Shown: positions 1 to 8,743 of the stretch, piece by piece
Layout of the letters: each line of letters starts with the position of its first letter
How positions within the stretch are numbered: the stretch's first letter is position 1
From: an uncultured Acidimicrobiales bacterium
GTDB lineage: Bacteria; Actinomycetota; Acidimicrobiia; Acidimicrobiales; SHLQ01
Assembly: GCA_938038815.1 (NCBI GenBank)
Contig: CALHTF010000013.1
Location: 36,588-100,587 of the forward strand
DNA length: 64,000 nucleotides
Direction of reading: 5' to 3'
Translations under genes and position numbers: made by a program
The notes under the pieces: model-generated
Told to the model about the DNA's origin: nothing
Databases searched by the model: none
What the model saw: only the letters and a program-made list of their open reading frames with translations

Positions 1-728
1 GCGATGATCTCGGCCCACGGTTCGTCGATGAACTTCTGCTGGCCCGCCCGGGTACCGGGCGTGTGGTAGGCCAGCGGGATCGTCGAGCCGTTTTTGCGCA
101 ATCCTTCGGCCATGTTCGCCCAAACCTGCGGGTCTTCTTCGGACTGGGTGCGATCACACCAGTTGTCGCCGCCCAGCACCCAAAGCTTCAGCGCTGGATG
201 GTCGCCGATCTCCCGGTCGAGTTGTTCGCCCAACCACGTTGCATTCGATGCCTTCAGAACCCCTTCGTTCATGCCGCATGGCTGGCCGGGCTCCACATCG
301 TTGAGGTAGGAGACTCCCCACATCGCAACCATCGCCACATCGATGCCGTGCTGCTCGGCCAGGTCGAGCATGTTTCGTACCTGGAGGGCGTAGTTGAGAT
401 CGAGTTGGAACTGACCATCGACCAAGCGGGCGGCCGTATGCCCGTTGGGGTTCTTGATCTCTAAGCCCCCAAGATTGAAATACGACAACCACACCTCGTC
501 GAAACCGACCTCGGACAGATAGCCGAAGTACTCGTCGACCTGTTCAAGGGTCGCCAGGCTCGGCAACTCCCATGCGGTATCGCCAAGCGGAATCGAGTTC
601 TGAGCGGCTGCTGGGCGCACCGGAACCACGGTCACCAGGGCGAGCAGCATCGCTACGGCGAGCAGAAACGAGAGCGCTCCTTTTACCGAGCGACCTGCGG
701 CGTTACGAGCCGATGTTGGGGGGATCAC
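1..728 (-). CDS. Secreted DUF4038 / GH140-like glycoside hydrolase, 3' end outside window
   Basis: Manual minus-strand translation, absent from the ORF track because no stop lies in the window. It reads V-IPPTSARNAAGRSVKGALSFLLAVAMLLALVTVVPVRPAAAQNSIPLGDTAWELPSLATLEQVDEYFGYLSEVGFDEVW...LWVLGGDNW...LAYHTPG. The N-terminus is a signal peptide. The GDTAWEL / GGD / YH motifs are remembered from the DUF4038 family. GTG start at 728 is tentative. Confidence 0.55.
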   Translation of the reverse strand, partial: MIPPTSARNAAGRSVKGALSFLLAVAMLLALVTVVPVRPAAAQNSIPLGDTAWELPSLATLEQVDEYFGYLSEVGFDEVWLSYFNLGGLEIKNPNGHTAARLVDGQFQLDLNYALQVRNMLDLAEQHGIDVAMVAMWGVSYLNDVEPGQPCGMNEGVLKASNATWLGEQLDREIGDHPALKLWVLGGDNWCDRTQSEEDPQVWANMAEGLRKNGSTIPLAYHTPGTRAGQQKFIDEPWAEII

Positions 729-787
729 AAGTTCCAGTAGTACCACGTGACGCGAAAAGGGTCGAAGTGCCAACCGAAGAGAAGGAC

Positions 788-1486
788 CTAGTCGCCTACC
801 TTGGGTAACCAGGTCGCGATGTTGACGATCCACTTGTCGATCCAATCTTCATCGTCGGCGCCGGCCGGCGGAGCGTCGACACTCGAGGTCTGCTCCACGG
901 GCTGGCCCGAGGACTTCTGCTGGCCGACATTGGCGTGCAGCGGAGTTGCCTCGACTACCGGTTCGGATGCGGACGCAACAACTGGTTCGGCTGTCTCTTC
1001 CTCTTCGACCATTGGTTCGGGGGTCGAGTCGGTCGGCGGTTCCGGCGACTCCGGGGCGGGGGTCTCCGAGGCGTCGGTCCCGGCGTGCCCGCCCTCGGGT
1101 GCGTCGGTGTCGCTCGTCACCGAAGCGGCGGCGGTAGCGACGCCGGTGGCGGCTGCTCGGGCGGCAATGTGCTTGGTCGGGGGCGGGGGTTCGCTCGATA
1201 GCTTGGCCTGGGCGCCCGGATCGATACGGGTGCTCTCGGAATCGCCGTACACGTGACCGGTCACGTTGCCGCTAATGCGGACTCGACCGCCTCGGTTGAT
1301 CACGTCGTGGCCCACGGTTCCGGTAATCAGCACGTCGCCTTCTTCGACCACTACCGACCCGATAACCATGCCGGGCAAGTGGAGTCCTCCTCCGGCGACC
1401 AGCAGGTCGCCGGTAACCGTGCCGGTAAGTCGGGTGGGTACGTCGAGTCGGTGATCGCCGACCACAACCTCGTCAAGCTCTTGCAT
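788..1486 (-). CDS. Bactofilin-domain protein with long acidic Pro/Thr/Glu-rich tail
   Basis: The N-terminal ~95 aa show a Gly/Val-rich beta-helix repeat pattern typical of bactofilin (DUF583): TGTVTGDLLVAGGGLHLPGMVIGSVVVEEGDVLITGTVGHDVINRGGRVRISGNVTGHVYG. The remainder is low complexity. Confidence 0.65.
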   Translation of the reverse strand: MQELDEVVVGDHRLDVPTRLTGTVTGDLLVAGGGLHLPGMVIGSVVVEEGDVLITGTVGHDVINRGGRVRISGNVTGHVYGDSESTRIDPGAQAKLSSEPPPPTKHIAARAAATGVATAAASVTSDTDAPEGGHAGTDASETPAPESPEPPTDSTPEPMVEEEETAEPVVASASEPVVEATPLHANVGQQKSSGQPVEQTSSVDAPPAGADDEDWIDKWIVNIATWLPKVGD

Positions 1487-1606
1487 GGGAAAGTCCTACC
1501 GTGTCTATTCTTCAACGTGCAGCGTTTCTGATCGCACGTAGCCCGCCCAGAGCGGGTCAACCGCGAAAATTTCGTCGAATCGGACCTTAGTGGGCGGCGA
1601 TGGGGA

Positions 1607-2206
1607 TCAACCCGGTGGGCCGATACACACAAACTTGGGAGCGGTGGGTAACGGCACGGCGTGGGTGCCTGGGCGGCTCACGCAATCCTGGGCTTCGGCC
1701 ACGATCGCCTGAGCGATTCCGGTGGTCGAGCCGTCGCACGGTACCCGACGAATCGAACCGGCCGCTTCGGTTATGCAGTCGCCGACTTCGATCGAGACAT
1801 TGGGTCGCTGCTGCGGTTCGCCGCCGCCATTGGCAAACGCCGACAGAAAGAACAGGCCTCCCAATACGAGCAGCACGAGGATCGTGGGTGCCGACCGCAC
1901 CATGTGAAATACCGCCGGCGACGTGCCGTCGGCTTCGGGAGGCCGGTCGGGTTCTTCAACGGTGGGCTCGGGACGAGTGCCGCCAAAGTTTGGCATCGTT
2001 CGGGGGTGAAGCTGAAGGTCGTAGTCCCGCCGCTTGTCCGGGTCACCGAGCACCGCCCATGCATCGTTCACCGCACGCATTTGTTGGTCGCTGCCGCCTT
2101 GACGATCTGGATGAGCGACCTGCGCTTTGGTCAGATAGGCCGACCGAATTTCGGCCGCGGTCGCCGATTCCGCGACCCCGAGGGTGAGGTAGTGACTCGT
2201 CGTCAT
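1607..2206 (-). CDS. J-domain (DnaJ-like) membrane protein
   Basis: J-domain with HPD motif (HYLTLGVAESATAAEIRSAYLTKAQVAHPDRQGG...DPDKRRDYD), followed by one TM helix (APTILVLLVLGGLFFLSAF) and a Cys-containing C-terminal domain. Start placed at the ATG at 2206; the track start at 2260 is an alternative. Confidence 0.75.
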   Translation of the reverse strand: MTTSHYLTLGVAESATAAEIRSAYLTKAQVAHPDRQGGSDQQMRAVNDAWAVLGDPDKRRDYDLQLHPRTMPNFGGTRPEPTVEEPDRPPEADGTSPAVFHMVRSAPTILVLLVLGGLFFLSAFANGGGEPQQRPNVSIEVGDCITEAAGSIRRVPCDGSTTGIAQAIVAEAQDCVSRPGTHAVPLPTAPKFVCIGPPG

Positions 2207-2616
2207 TGGTCGAGCACCAGGCAACGGAGGTGCGATACGGGCGACATGGCCCCCAAGCATACGATGCCAAGTACGCTCGGTACGTGGCCGAGATCAAATG
2301 CGCGAAGTGCGGAGAAGAAGAGGCGCTCATTGGTGAGCGCACGGGCCCGAACAACGAAAACATCACCGTCACCTGTGAAAAGTGCGGCCTGGTCTGGGAC
2401 CGCGATTTCACGCCACGGTGTGCCACGTGCGGGACCACAAATGTGTACCCTGCGTTCCAAGCGATCCTCGACAAGTCTCGTGGCACTCAGCTCTCGATCC
2501 AGTCGATGCGCCTTGTTCACCTGTGTCCGGTGTGCGAGCCCGAAAAGCACGCCGTCTACAGCCAGACCAACTCCCCCATTCCGCCCGATACCTTGCCTGT
2601 CGAGACCAACGAGTGA
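2206..2616 (+). CDS. Small double zinc-ribbon protein (4x CxxC), hypothetical
   Basis: Four CxxC pairs are present: KCAKCG, CEKCG, CATCG and CPVCE. The stop overlaps the next gene start (GTGA at 2613-2616). The true start is uncertain; the TTG at 2206 abuts the divergent J-domain gene. Confidence 0.5.
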   Translation: MVEHQATEVRYGRHGPQAYDAKYARYVAEIKCAKCGEEEALIGERTGPNNENITVTCEKCGLVWDRDFTPRCATCGTTNVYPAFQAILDKSRGTQLSIQSMRLVHLCPVCEPEKHAVYSQTNSPIPPDTLPVETNE

Positions 2617-3404
2617 CCCAACCCAGACTCCCGCTACACCGGGCCCTTACCGTTATGGCTGTCGCCGCGGTGCTCGGCGGCCTTCTTGGCTTCGTTTTGA
2701 CCCTTCAGGATCCAGCGGCGACCGCGGAAGCCAGAATTCGGCTGAGTGACTCTGTCGGGTGGCCCGAACACGACGCCGTGCGCTTCGAAGTCGAAACGTG
2801 GATCGACGACAGCCTCGTGCAGCGGACCCAAGAACAGGTCGGTGCGGGTTTCGACGAGGTAATCGTTTCGTTCCCTCGGAACCAGGCGTATCTCGATATA
2901 CGAGCAACCGCCAGTACCGACGCCGAGGCAGTTGAGGCGGTCGAGATGATCGTCGCAGCGGTACTGCAGCGCGACGACGAAGCAACACTCGGACCGCTCC
3001 GCGCCACCGTGGCCAGCGCGTCTTCCTCGCTCGAATCGGTCAATGCCGAACTCGCCGATGCACGCGCTCGCGCCGAGAGCGGTGACTCGATCGCCGAGAT
3101 CGAGCAAGGTGCGCTTATCTGGCGGGCCGAGGAGCTCGAAGGCGCGCTAGGTGAAGCCCAACGACAGCTGAGCGAACGAGGCCCACGGATCTACCAAATC
3201 GGTGAAACCGAACCGGTCGCCGATCAGAGTCTTCGCCGGCTACGCATCGTTGGGGTCGGCGCCCTTCTCGCAGCGATAGCGGCCGGCGCCCTGCTCACGT
3301 TGCTCGCCGCTCGACCCACGCGGGAGGTCGATGACCCGCCACCAGCAGGGGCCGAGCCGACCCGCAAGGACAAGCGCAAGCCGCTTCAGCCAACCGTCAA
3401 CTGA
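2613..3404 (+). CDS. Wzz-like polysaccharide co-polymerase (chain-length determinant) family protein
   Basis: Topology is an N-terminal TM (MAVAAVLGGLLGFVL), an extracytoplasmic coiled-coil-like region, a C-terminal TM (IVGVGALLAAIAAGALLTLLAA) and a basic tail. A GTG at 2613 overlaps the upstream stop; the ATG at 2655 is an alternative start. Confidence 0.5.
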   Translation: MTQPRLPLHRALTVMAVAAVLGGLLGFVLTLQDPAATAEARIRLSDSVGWPEHDAVRFEVETWIDDSLVQRTQEQVGAGFDEVIVSFPRNQAYLDIRATASTDAEAVEAVEMIVAAVLQRDDEATLGPLRATVASASSSLESVNAELADARARAESGDSIAEIEQGALIWRAEELEGALGEAQRQLSERGPRIYQIGETEPVADQSLRRLRIVGVGALLAAIAAGALLTLLAARPTREVDDPPPAGAEPTRKDKRKPLQPTVN

Positions 3405-3427
3405 AATCAGGTGTCAGACACCTGATT
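3405..3427. repeat. 23-nt perfect palindrome AATCAGGTGTCAGACACCTGATT, copy 1, at a convergent gene junction
   Basis: Read directly. The 11-nt arms are exact reverse complements. The identical 23-mer recurs at 62719-62741. The stop of the minus-strand gene (3414-3416) lies inside it, and the plus-strand stop (3402-3404) abuts it. Confidence 0.85.
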
Positions 3428-4622
3428 CGCTTTCGGCTGGTCGGCTAGCCGGCGCAGAGCGCACGCTCGTCGCCTGCGAAAGCTGATCGGCGGCGATCGA
3501 GATACCGAACAACAGACTGGCGATTCCGGGCTGTTCGATCGGCGCATCACCGAGTCCGAACACGACCAAGACCGCCAGCAACGCTCGGACCGGGCCGGTG
3601 CTCGCCCGCCACATCGCCACCGTGGCGCCGACAAGCAGGGCCGCCGCCGGGATCCCGGCGGCCACCATTGCGTACAGCACCGTCGACTGGGTGGTCTGCC
3701 GTTTCACCGCAAAGAGACTCTCGAATCGGTACTCCCGCAGCACGGCGTCCTGGGATCCGAGTCCGTGGCCGAACAACGGCTTGTCTCGAATCGCCTCGAC
3801 CAGGGCCGCCCACAAGTCCTCGCGCCCACCACCTTGCACGATGTCGTCCCACGTGAGTTCGATCAGGCGAGAGGCATCGACCCCGAACCCGATGACGCTG
3901 ACCATGATTGCGGCCAGCGCAACGAGTACCGCCCAGGCGACGTGCGTGCTGCGACCGGTGTGCGCCAGCCCGACGGCCAACCCCACGATGGCGGCCACCG
4001 CCATCGTTCGACTGTTCGTCGCCACGATAAGCACCAAACTCACCACCACGGCGAGATGACGAAGCCACCACGCGTTGATCAGAACCGGAATACCGGCCAC
4101 CACCTTGGGTGCAAAGAGAACGATGCACGCAAACACGGTGCCGAAGAATGCGGCCATGTCTTGGGTAATCACGGCCCGATCGGCCACGTCAAACAAGCGG
4201 TCAGCGGTCAACGGGCCAAGAAGTGAAACCCCGGCCACCGCAACCGGGATACTGATCCCGACCAACAGCCCCTGAAGCGCGCCGTGCCAGCCAGCAGCGG
4301 CCACCACCGATGCGCCAACCAACACAAACGAAGCGTGCACGAGCAAGTACCAAAGCGACGTCGCCGGGTCGATGCCGAACACCGAAGCAACCGCCGCCCA
4401 GCAGCCGAGCGCACCGAGCCACCATGCTGCAGTGCGATCGATTGGCGGCCGCACCGCCCAGGTCGCACCGGTCGCTGCACCGTATGACGCAACCAAACCG
4501 ATCGCCGCACCGATGACCAGCCGGGCCGGCACCCCGATAGGGAGTCCAAGCACGGCAACGAGCGTCGCGAACGCGGCAACCGCTGGCTCTTCGAGCCCAA
4601 ACGCTCGGCGGAGGTTACGCAC
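3414..4622 (-). CDS. O-antigen ligase / Wzy-type polymerase family membrane protein
   Basis: About 10 TM helices and a large loop preceded by ATNSRTMAVAAIVGLAVGL, resembling the Wzy_C/O-antigen ligase signature. The GTG start lies 3 nt downstream of the murF stop. Confidence 0.65.
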   Translation of the reverse strand: MRNLRRAFGLEEPAVAAFATLVAVLGLPIGVPARLVIGAAIGLVASYGAATGATWAVRPPIDRTAAWWLGALGCWAAVASVFGIDPATSLWYLLVHASFVLVGASVVAAAGWHGALQGLLVGISIPVAVAGVSLLGPLTADRLFDVADRAVITQDMAAFFGTVFACIVLFAPKVVAGIPVLINAWWLRHLAVVVSLVLIVATNSRTMAVAAIVGLAVGLAHTGRSTHVAWAVLVALAAIMVSVIGFGVDASRLIELTWDDIVQGGGREDLWAALVEAIRDKPLFGHGLGSQDAVLREYRFESLFAVKRQTTQSTVLYAMVAAGIPAAALLVGATVAMWRASTGPVRALLAVLVVFGLGDAPIEQPGIASLLFGISIAADQLSQATSVRSAPASRPAESESGV

Positions 4623-4624
4623 CG

Positions 4625-5953
4625 CTAGTCACGAAGCAGTACTTCGGCCAGCACTTCGAGTCCCGCTACCCGGCTGCCCTTTACGAGCACGGCGTTGCCG
4701 GGACCAGACACTCCGAGTTCTTTGAGCTTGACGCTGGCATCGACCCGGTCGGCAACCTGGTGTTCTGCCCCGTAGTCGGGAGCGTCGATCGCGATGATCT
4801 CGATCCCGAGCATCTCGGCGACCGACGCAACCCGGCGGTGTTCTTCGAGAGCCGCGTCACCCAACTCGCCCATCACACCAAGCATGGCGACTCGCCGCTC
4901 GGCGGGGATCTTGGCCAACGACTCCAAAGCGGCGATTACCGAAAGCGGGTTCGCGTTGTAGGCATCGTTCACGACGGTGAGGCCCGACGGACTGGTGGCC
5001 ACTTCCATGCGCCAAGGCGACCACTCCGGAGCAGCGAGTCCGGCAGCGATTGTTTCGCCGGGCACCCCGACCGACAAGGCGACCGCAGCGGCCGCCGCGG
5101 CGTTGGCCACGTTGTGTTCGCCGCGAGCTCCGAGCGCGACGTCGAAGGTTTCCCAGTCGCTCTCGATCGTGAAGGTCGACGTGAGGTCGTCGTTCATCGT
5201 GACCTCGACCGCCCGAACATCGCCCATGCCGATGCCGAACGTGATCGACCGAGCCGAAGTGCGAGCGCTCATCGAAGTAACCTCGGGCACCATGGCGTTC
5301 AGGACAGCGAGCCCGTCGATCGGCAACGATTCGATCAATTCGCCTTTGCCTTGCACCACTGCTTCGAACGACCCAAACTCCGACGTGTGGGCCATGCCGA
5401 CGGTGGTCACTACGCCAATCGTGGGTTGCGCTATGTAACAAAGGAACCGAATGTGGTCGGTGCCTCGGGCACCCATCTCGACCACGGCGCACGCGGTATC
5501 GGCCGGCGCGTTAAACAACGTGAGCGGCACTCCGAGCTCGTTGTTGAGCGACTTCACGCTGGCGTGGGTCGACCGATCGGCGGCGACCGCGGCAGCGATG
5601 AGATCCTTCGTGCTGGTCTTTCCGGCCGACCCGGTAACCCCAACCACATCAGCAGCCAACCGCTTGCGGACGGCCATCCCGAGGGCTTGCAAGGCCAGTT
5701 CGGTCTCTTCCACCACGATGGCGGTGGCCGATCCGGCGACCTCGCGACCTGGTTGGGCGGTGAAGTACGCGGCCGCGCCAGACGCGACGGCTTGGTCGAC
5801 GAAGTCGTGCCCGTCGCGCTCGGCCACCACCGGCACAAACAGGTTGCCGGGTACAAGTTCTCGGGAGTCCTGGGTTGCCCCTTCGACCTCGACGTCGGGT
5901 CCGACGATGGTTCCCGAAACGGCCGCCGCGATTTCGCTCGTAAGCATGCGCAT
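4625..5953 (-). CDS. murF: UDP-N-acetylmuramoyl-tripeptide--D-alanyl-D-alanine ligase
   Basis: MRMLTSEIAAAVSGTIVG..., the Mur ligase P-loop VGVTGSAGKTSTKD, plus NNELGVPLTL and DAYNANP motifs. Start set at the ATG at 5953; the track ORF extends spuriously to 6250. Confidence 0.9.
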   Translation of the reverse strand: MRMLTSEIAAAVSGTIVGPDVEVEGATQDSRELVPGNLFVPVVAERDGHDFVDQAVASGAAAYFTAQPGREVAGSATAIVVEETELALQALGMAVRKRLAADVVGVTGSAGKTSTKDLIAAAVAADRSTHASVKSLNNELGVPLTLFNAPADTACAVVEMGARGTDHIRFLCYIAQPTIGVVTTVGMAHTSEFGSFEAVVQGKGELIESLPIDGLAVLNAMVPEVTSMSARTSARSITFGIGMGDVRAVEVTMNDDLTSTFTIESDWETFDVALGARGEHNVANAAAAAAVALSVGVPGETIAAGLAAPEWSPWRMEVATSPSGLTVVNDAYNANPLSVIAALESLAKIPAERRVAMLGVMGELGDAALEEHRRVASVAEMLGIEIIAIDAPDYGAEHQVADRVDASVKLKELGVSGPGNAVLVKGSRVAGLEVLAEVLLRD

Positions 5954-6032
5954 CCCCACAGTATTGCTCGATTCGGCCCCGGTGAGACCCCTCCTGTTTC
6001 TCGAACCGACATTGGCACTACAGTCGTCGTTC

Positions 6033-7109
6033 ATGAGCGAGCAAAAGACCCGGGTGATCGTCCTGTTTGGTGGACGTTCAGCCGAGCACGATGTTTCCTG
6101 CGTCACCGCCCGACATGTGTTGAGCGCCACCGACCCGAACAAGTACCAGGTCATCCCGATCGGCATCACCAGAGACGGTGCGTGGGTTCGGGCCGACGAT
6201 GCGCTCGCCGCCCTCAAGTCCGGCGCCGACGCACTGCCCGACGCGCTCAAGCCGGTGGGTTCTGATTTCGACCTGCTGCCATCGGTACGCCAGGCGGTTC
6301 ATGAAGGCCAGCAGGTCGTGGTCTTTCCGCTCATGCATGGGCCGCTCGGCGAAGACGGCACCATGCAGGGATTGCTCGAAATCGCCAACGTTCCCTACGT
6401 CGGTGCCGGCGTGCTCGGCTCGGCCCTGGCGATGGACAAGATCAAAGCCAAAGAGACCGCGGCGTATCACGGGATTGCCCAAGCCAATTGGCGAGGCCTG
6501 CACGCCACCGAGGTGCACGACACAACCGCTGACGAACTCATCGCCGAGCTTGGTCTTCCGTTGTGGATCAAGCCCGCCAATATGGGTTCGTCGATCGGGG
6601 TCAGCCGGGCCTATAACGCCGACGAGGTTCGGGCCGGACTCGACCTCGCTGCGTCGTACGACGAGTGGATCGTGGCCGAAGAAAACGTCGATGGTCGCGA
6701 GATCGAGATGGCCGTGCTCGGCAACCTTGAACCCGAAGTCTCGTTGCCCGGAGAAATCGAGCCGACCGAAGGGTTCTACAGCTACAGCGACAAGTACATC
6801 GACGGGTCGGCCGGACTCTTGATCCCCGCTCCCCTGTCCGATGCCGAGATCGCTGAGGCCCAAGCACTCGCCGTCAAAGCCTTCAAGGCCTTGCGATGCG
6901 AAGGCATGGCCCGGGCCGACTTCTTCTACGACGCCGGCGGTCGAGGCTGGCTACTCAACGAACTCAACACGATTCCGGGCTTTACGCCGATCTCGATGTA
7001 CCCAAAGATGTGGGAAGCATCCGGACTCGAGTATTCGGCACTCATCGACCGACTGGTCGAGCTAGCGATCGAACGATTCGAACGTCGTCCACGACGGACC
7101 GATCACTAG
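6033..7109 (+). CDS. ddl: D-alanine--D-alanine ligase
   Basis: MSEQKTRVIVLFGGRSAEHDVSCVTA..., HGPLGEDGTMQGLLE, and an ATP-grasp C-terminus ending in NELNTIPGFT. Start set at the ATG at 6033, in frame within track ORF 5451..7109. Confidence 0.9.
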   Translation: MSEQKTRVIVLFGGRSAEHDVSCVTARHVLSATDPNKYQVIPIGITRDGAWVRADDALAALKSGADALPDALKPVGSDFDLLPSVRQAVHEGQQVVVFPLMHGPLGEDGTMQGLLEIANVPYVGAGVLGSALAMDKIKAKETAAYHGIAQANWRGLHATEVHDTTADELIAELGLPLWIKPANMGSSIGVSRAYNADEVRAGLDLAASYDEWIVAEENVDGREIEMAVLGNLEPEVSLPGEIEPTEGFYSYSDKYIDGSAGLLIPAPLSDAEIAEAQALAVKAFKALRCEGMARADFFYDAGGRGWLLNELNTIPGFTPISMYPKMWEASGLEYSALIDRLVELAIERFERRPRRTDH

Positions 7110-8035
7110 CTCGGCTTCGACTTGTTCTCGCCCCGCTTCAGCAAGATCAGCGGCACCAGAAAGACGGCGGCCAGCACGGCGGCAATGAGTAGGTAGACGC
7201 CAAGCCCCGACCCTTCCTGCTCGATGTTCGGTACGAGTTGGGCTTCGCCTTGGGCGGCCTCTTCGGTTGGCTCGTCGACTGGGTCTACGGGCTCTGGTGC
7301 GTCTTCGATCACGACGATGCTCGTCGGGACCGGCTCGACTTCTTCTTCGATCGCATCGGGAGGGTCCTCGACCGGTGGTTCGATCGTGGTCGCCTGCTCG
7401 GGCAACAAGAAGGTGCTTTCGGGTTCAGACGACGGCGGCGCAACCGTGGTTTCGGTTGCGCCATCGGTGGGCTGGGAGGTGGTGGGCGCCGGTGCTGCGG
7501 TGGTTACCCGGGGAACGCCGTCGACTTCGCCTCGACGGGCCGCCATCTGTTCAAGGCCAACCGTCAGTCCTGCGGTGTACGCGCCCTCGCCGAATTGAGG
7601 GTTCATGATGCGATTGAGAATGACATCGATCGAGTCATCGAGCGACGGCGCCCAACCCGGTCCGTACTTCACCCGGGTGGCTTTGTCGTCGATCGACACC
7701 CCGATGACCAAAAGGTCGCCCACGTAGTTGCCGATGACGTCGACCCATCCACAGTCGGCGGCGAGCTGGGCCAAGGCGTCATCGAGCGACCCTGGTGTCG
7801 AGTCCCAAACCCGGACCCGCACCGGACCAAACTTTTCAGCGTCCGACGCGGCGATTACTACCGGCGTTGCGTCACCGAGCTGGGTGCTGTTGTCGACCAC
7901 GATCGACTCGCAATCGAACGCCACGCGGTCGGCTGAGGCGAGCGACGGGATCAGCACGCTCGAGACCACCAGTGCTACCAGCGCGACGCAAAGGCCGACG
8001 AGCGGGCGAGGAGTACGGAGATCGATGCTGGTCAC
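7106..8035 (-). CDS. TPM-domain (TLP18.3/Psb32-like) membrane-anchored protein with acidic Pro-rich linker
   Basis: N-terminal TM/signal (LVGLCVALVALVVSSVLIPSLASA). A TPM-like core follows (DLLVIGVSIDDKATRVKYGPGWAPSLDD...GEGAYTAGL), then a C-terminal TM (GVYLLIAAVLAAVFLVPLILL). GTG start at 8035 is tentative. Confidence 0.55.
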   Translation of the reverse strand: MTSIDLRTPRPLVGLCVALVALVVSSVLIPSLASADRVAFDCESIVVDNSTQLGDATPVVIAASDAEKFGPVRVRVWDSTPGSLDDALAQLAADCGWVDVIGNYVGDLLVIGVSIDDKATRVKYGPGWAPSLDDSIDVILNRIMNPQFGEGAYTAGLTVGLEQMAARRGEVDGVPRVTTAAPAPTTSQPTDGATETTVAPPSSEPESTFLLPEQATTIEPPVEDPPDAIEEEVEPVPTSIVVIEDAPEPVDPVDEPTEEAAQGEAQLVPNIEQEGSGLGVYLLIAAVLAAVFLVPLILLKRGENKSKPS

Positions 8036-8108
8036 AATTTCCAATCGGCAGCCCGACAGTGAAGACAAGGATGAGACAACGGACGGGGTGGAGGGGATCT
8101 CCTGGGGT

Positions 8109-8699
8109 TCAGGCAACCAGAGCGGAGTGCAGGAACCGCAGCAGTTCTTGTCGTCGGTGCACCATCGATCGTAGCGTCGGCTCGATCCCGAGGGCCCGCG
8201 ACACCTCAACCTCGGTGGCTACCCCCACGATGGTCGAGTACGCCGACAGCATCACGATGTTGGCATCGGCTTGCTGGAAGCGCCCGGCCCGCATCTCTCG
8301 CTTGAGAAACAGTCGCCCGCGGGCGATCAACGGTTCCATCTGGGTGGTCAGGCGGTGAGCGGTGGACGAACCGGGGCGACTGACCTCCCGCAGAAGCCCG
8401 AGCAGTTCTGGCCGCGCGAGAGCTAGGCGGAACATGCGGCGTACGAGCGCCTCGACCCCGTCCCAGCCCGGCCCGGCGTCGACAAGGGCGTCTTCAATCG
8501 TGGTGCGGAAGTCCTGGCCCGCCTGGTCGACGACCGCTGCGAGCAAAACTTCTTTAGAGGGAAAGTGGTACAGAATCGTCTGCTTCCGGATCCCGAGATC
8601 GCGGGCCAGCGCATCGAGGGAGGTGGCGTCGTATCCGTTGGTACCAAACGACGCGGTGGCGGCGAGCAGCACCCGTTCTTTGGTCGAAAGATCATTCAC
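8109..8699 (-). CDS. TetR/AcrR family transcriptional regulator
   Basis: N-terminal HTH: KERVLLAATASFGTNGYDATSLDALARDLGIRKQTILYHFPSKEVLL. Confidence 0.85.
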   Translation of the reverse strand: MNDLSTKERVLLAATASFGTNGYDATSLDALARDLGIRKQTILYHFPSKEVLLAAVVDQAGQDFRTTIEDALVDAGPGWDGVEALVRRMFRLALARPELLGLLREVSRPGSSTAHRLTTQMEPLIARGRLFLKREMRAGRFQQADANIVMLSAYSTIVGVATEVEVSRALGIEPTLRSMVHRRQELLRFLHSALVA

Positions 8700-8743
8700 T
8701 GACCAAATGGTAGAGAACGGTTGGCGTTTGGTAGAAATGCAGC
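8700..8743. promoter_or_regulatory. Divergent TetR / FAR-operon intergenic region with TGGTAGA direct repeat and ACCAAA..TTTGGT inverted repeat
   Basis: Sequence gaccaaaTGGTAGAgaacggttggcgtTTGGTAGAaatgcagc lies between the divergent start codons at 8699 and 8744. The operator role is inferred only. Confidence 0.25.

Noticed and set aside
4760-6265. 501-aa plus-strand ORF antisense to murF. Similar long antisense ORFs occur at 9188..11140, 11179..12663, 35119..37059, 45872..47107, 59568..61040 and 61547..62608.
   Set aside because: All lie opposite ORFs with clear family motifs. Their products are Arg/Gly/His/Asp-rich with no motifs. This is the usual open antisense-frame artefact of high-GC DNA.
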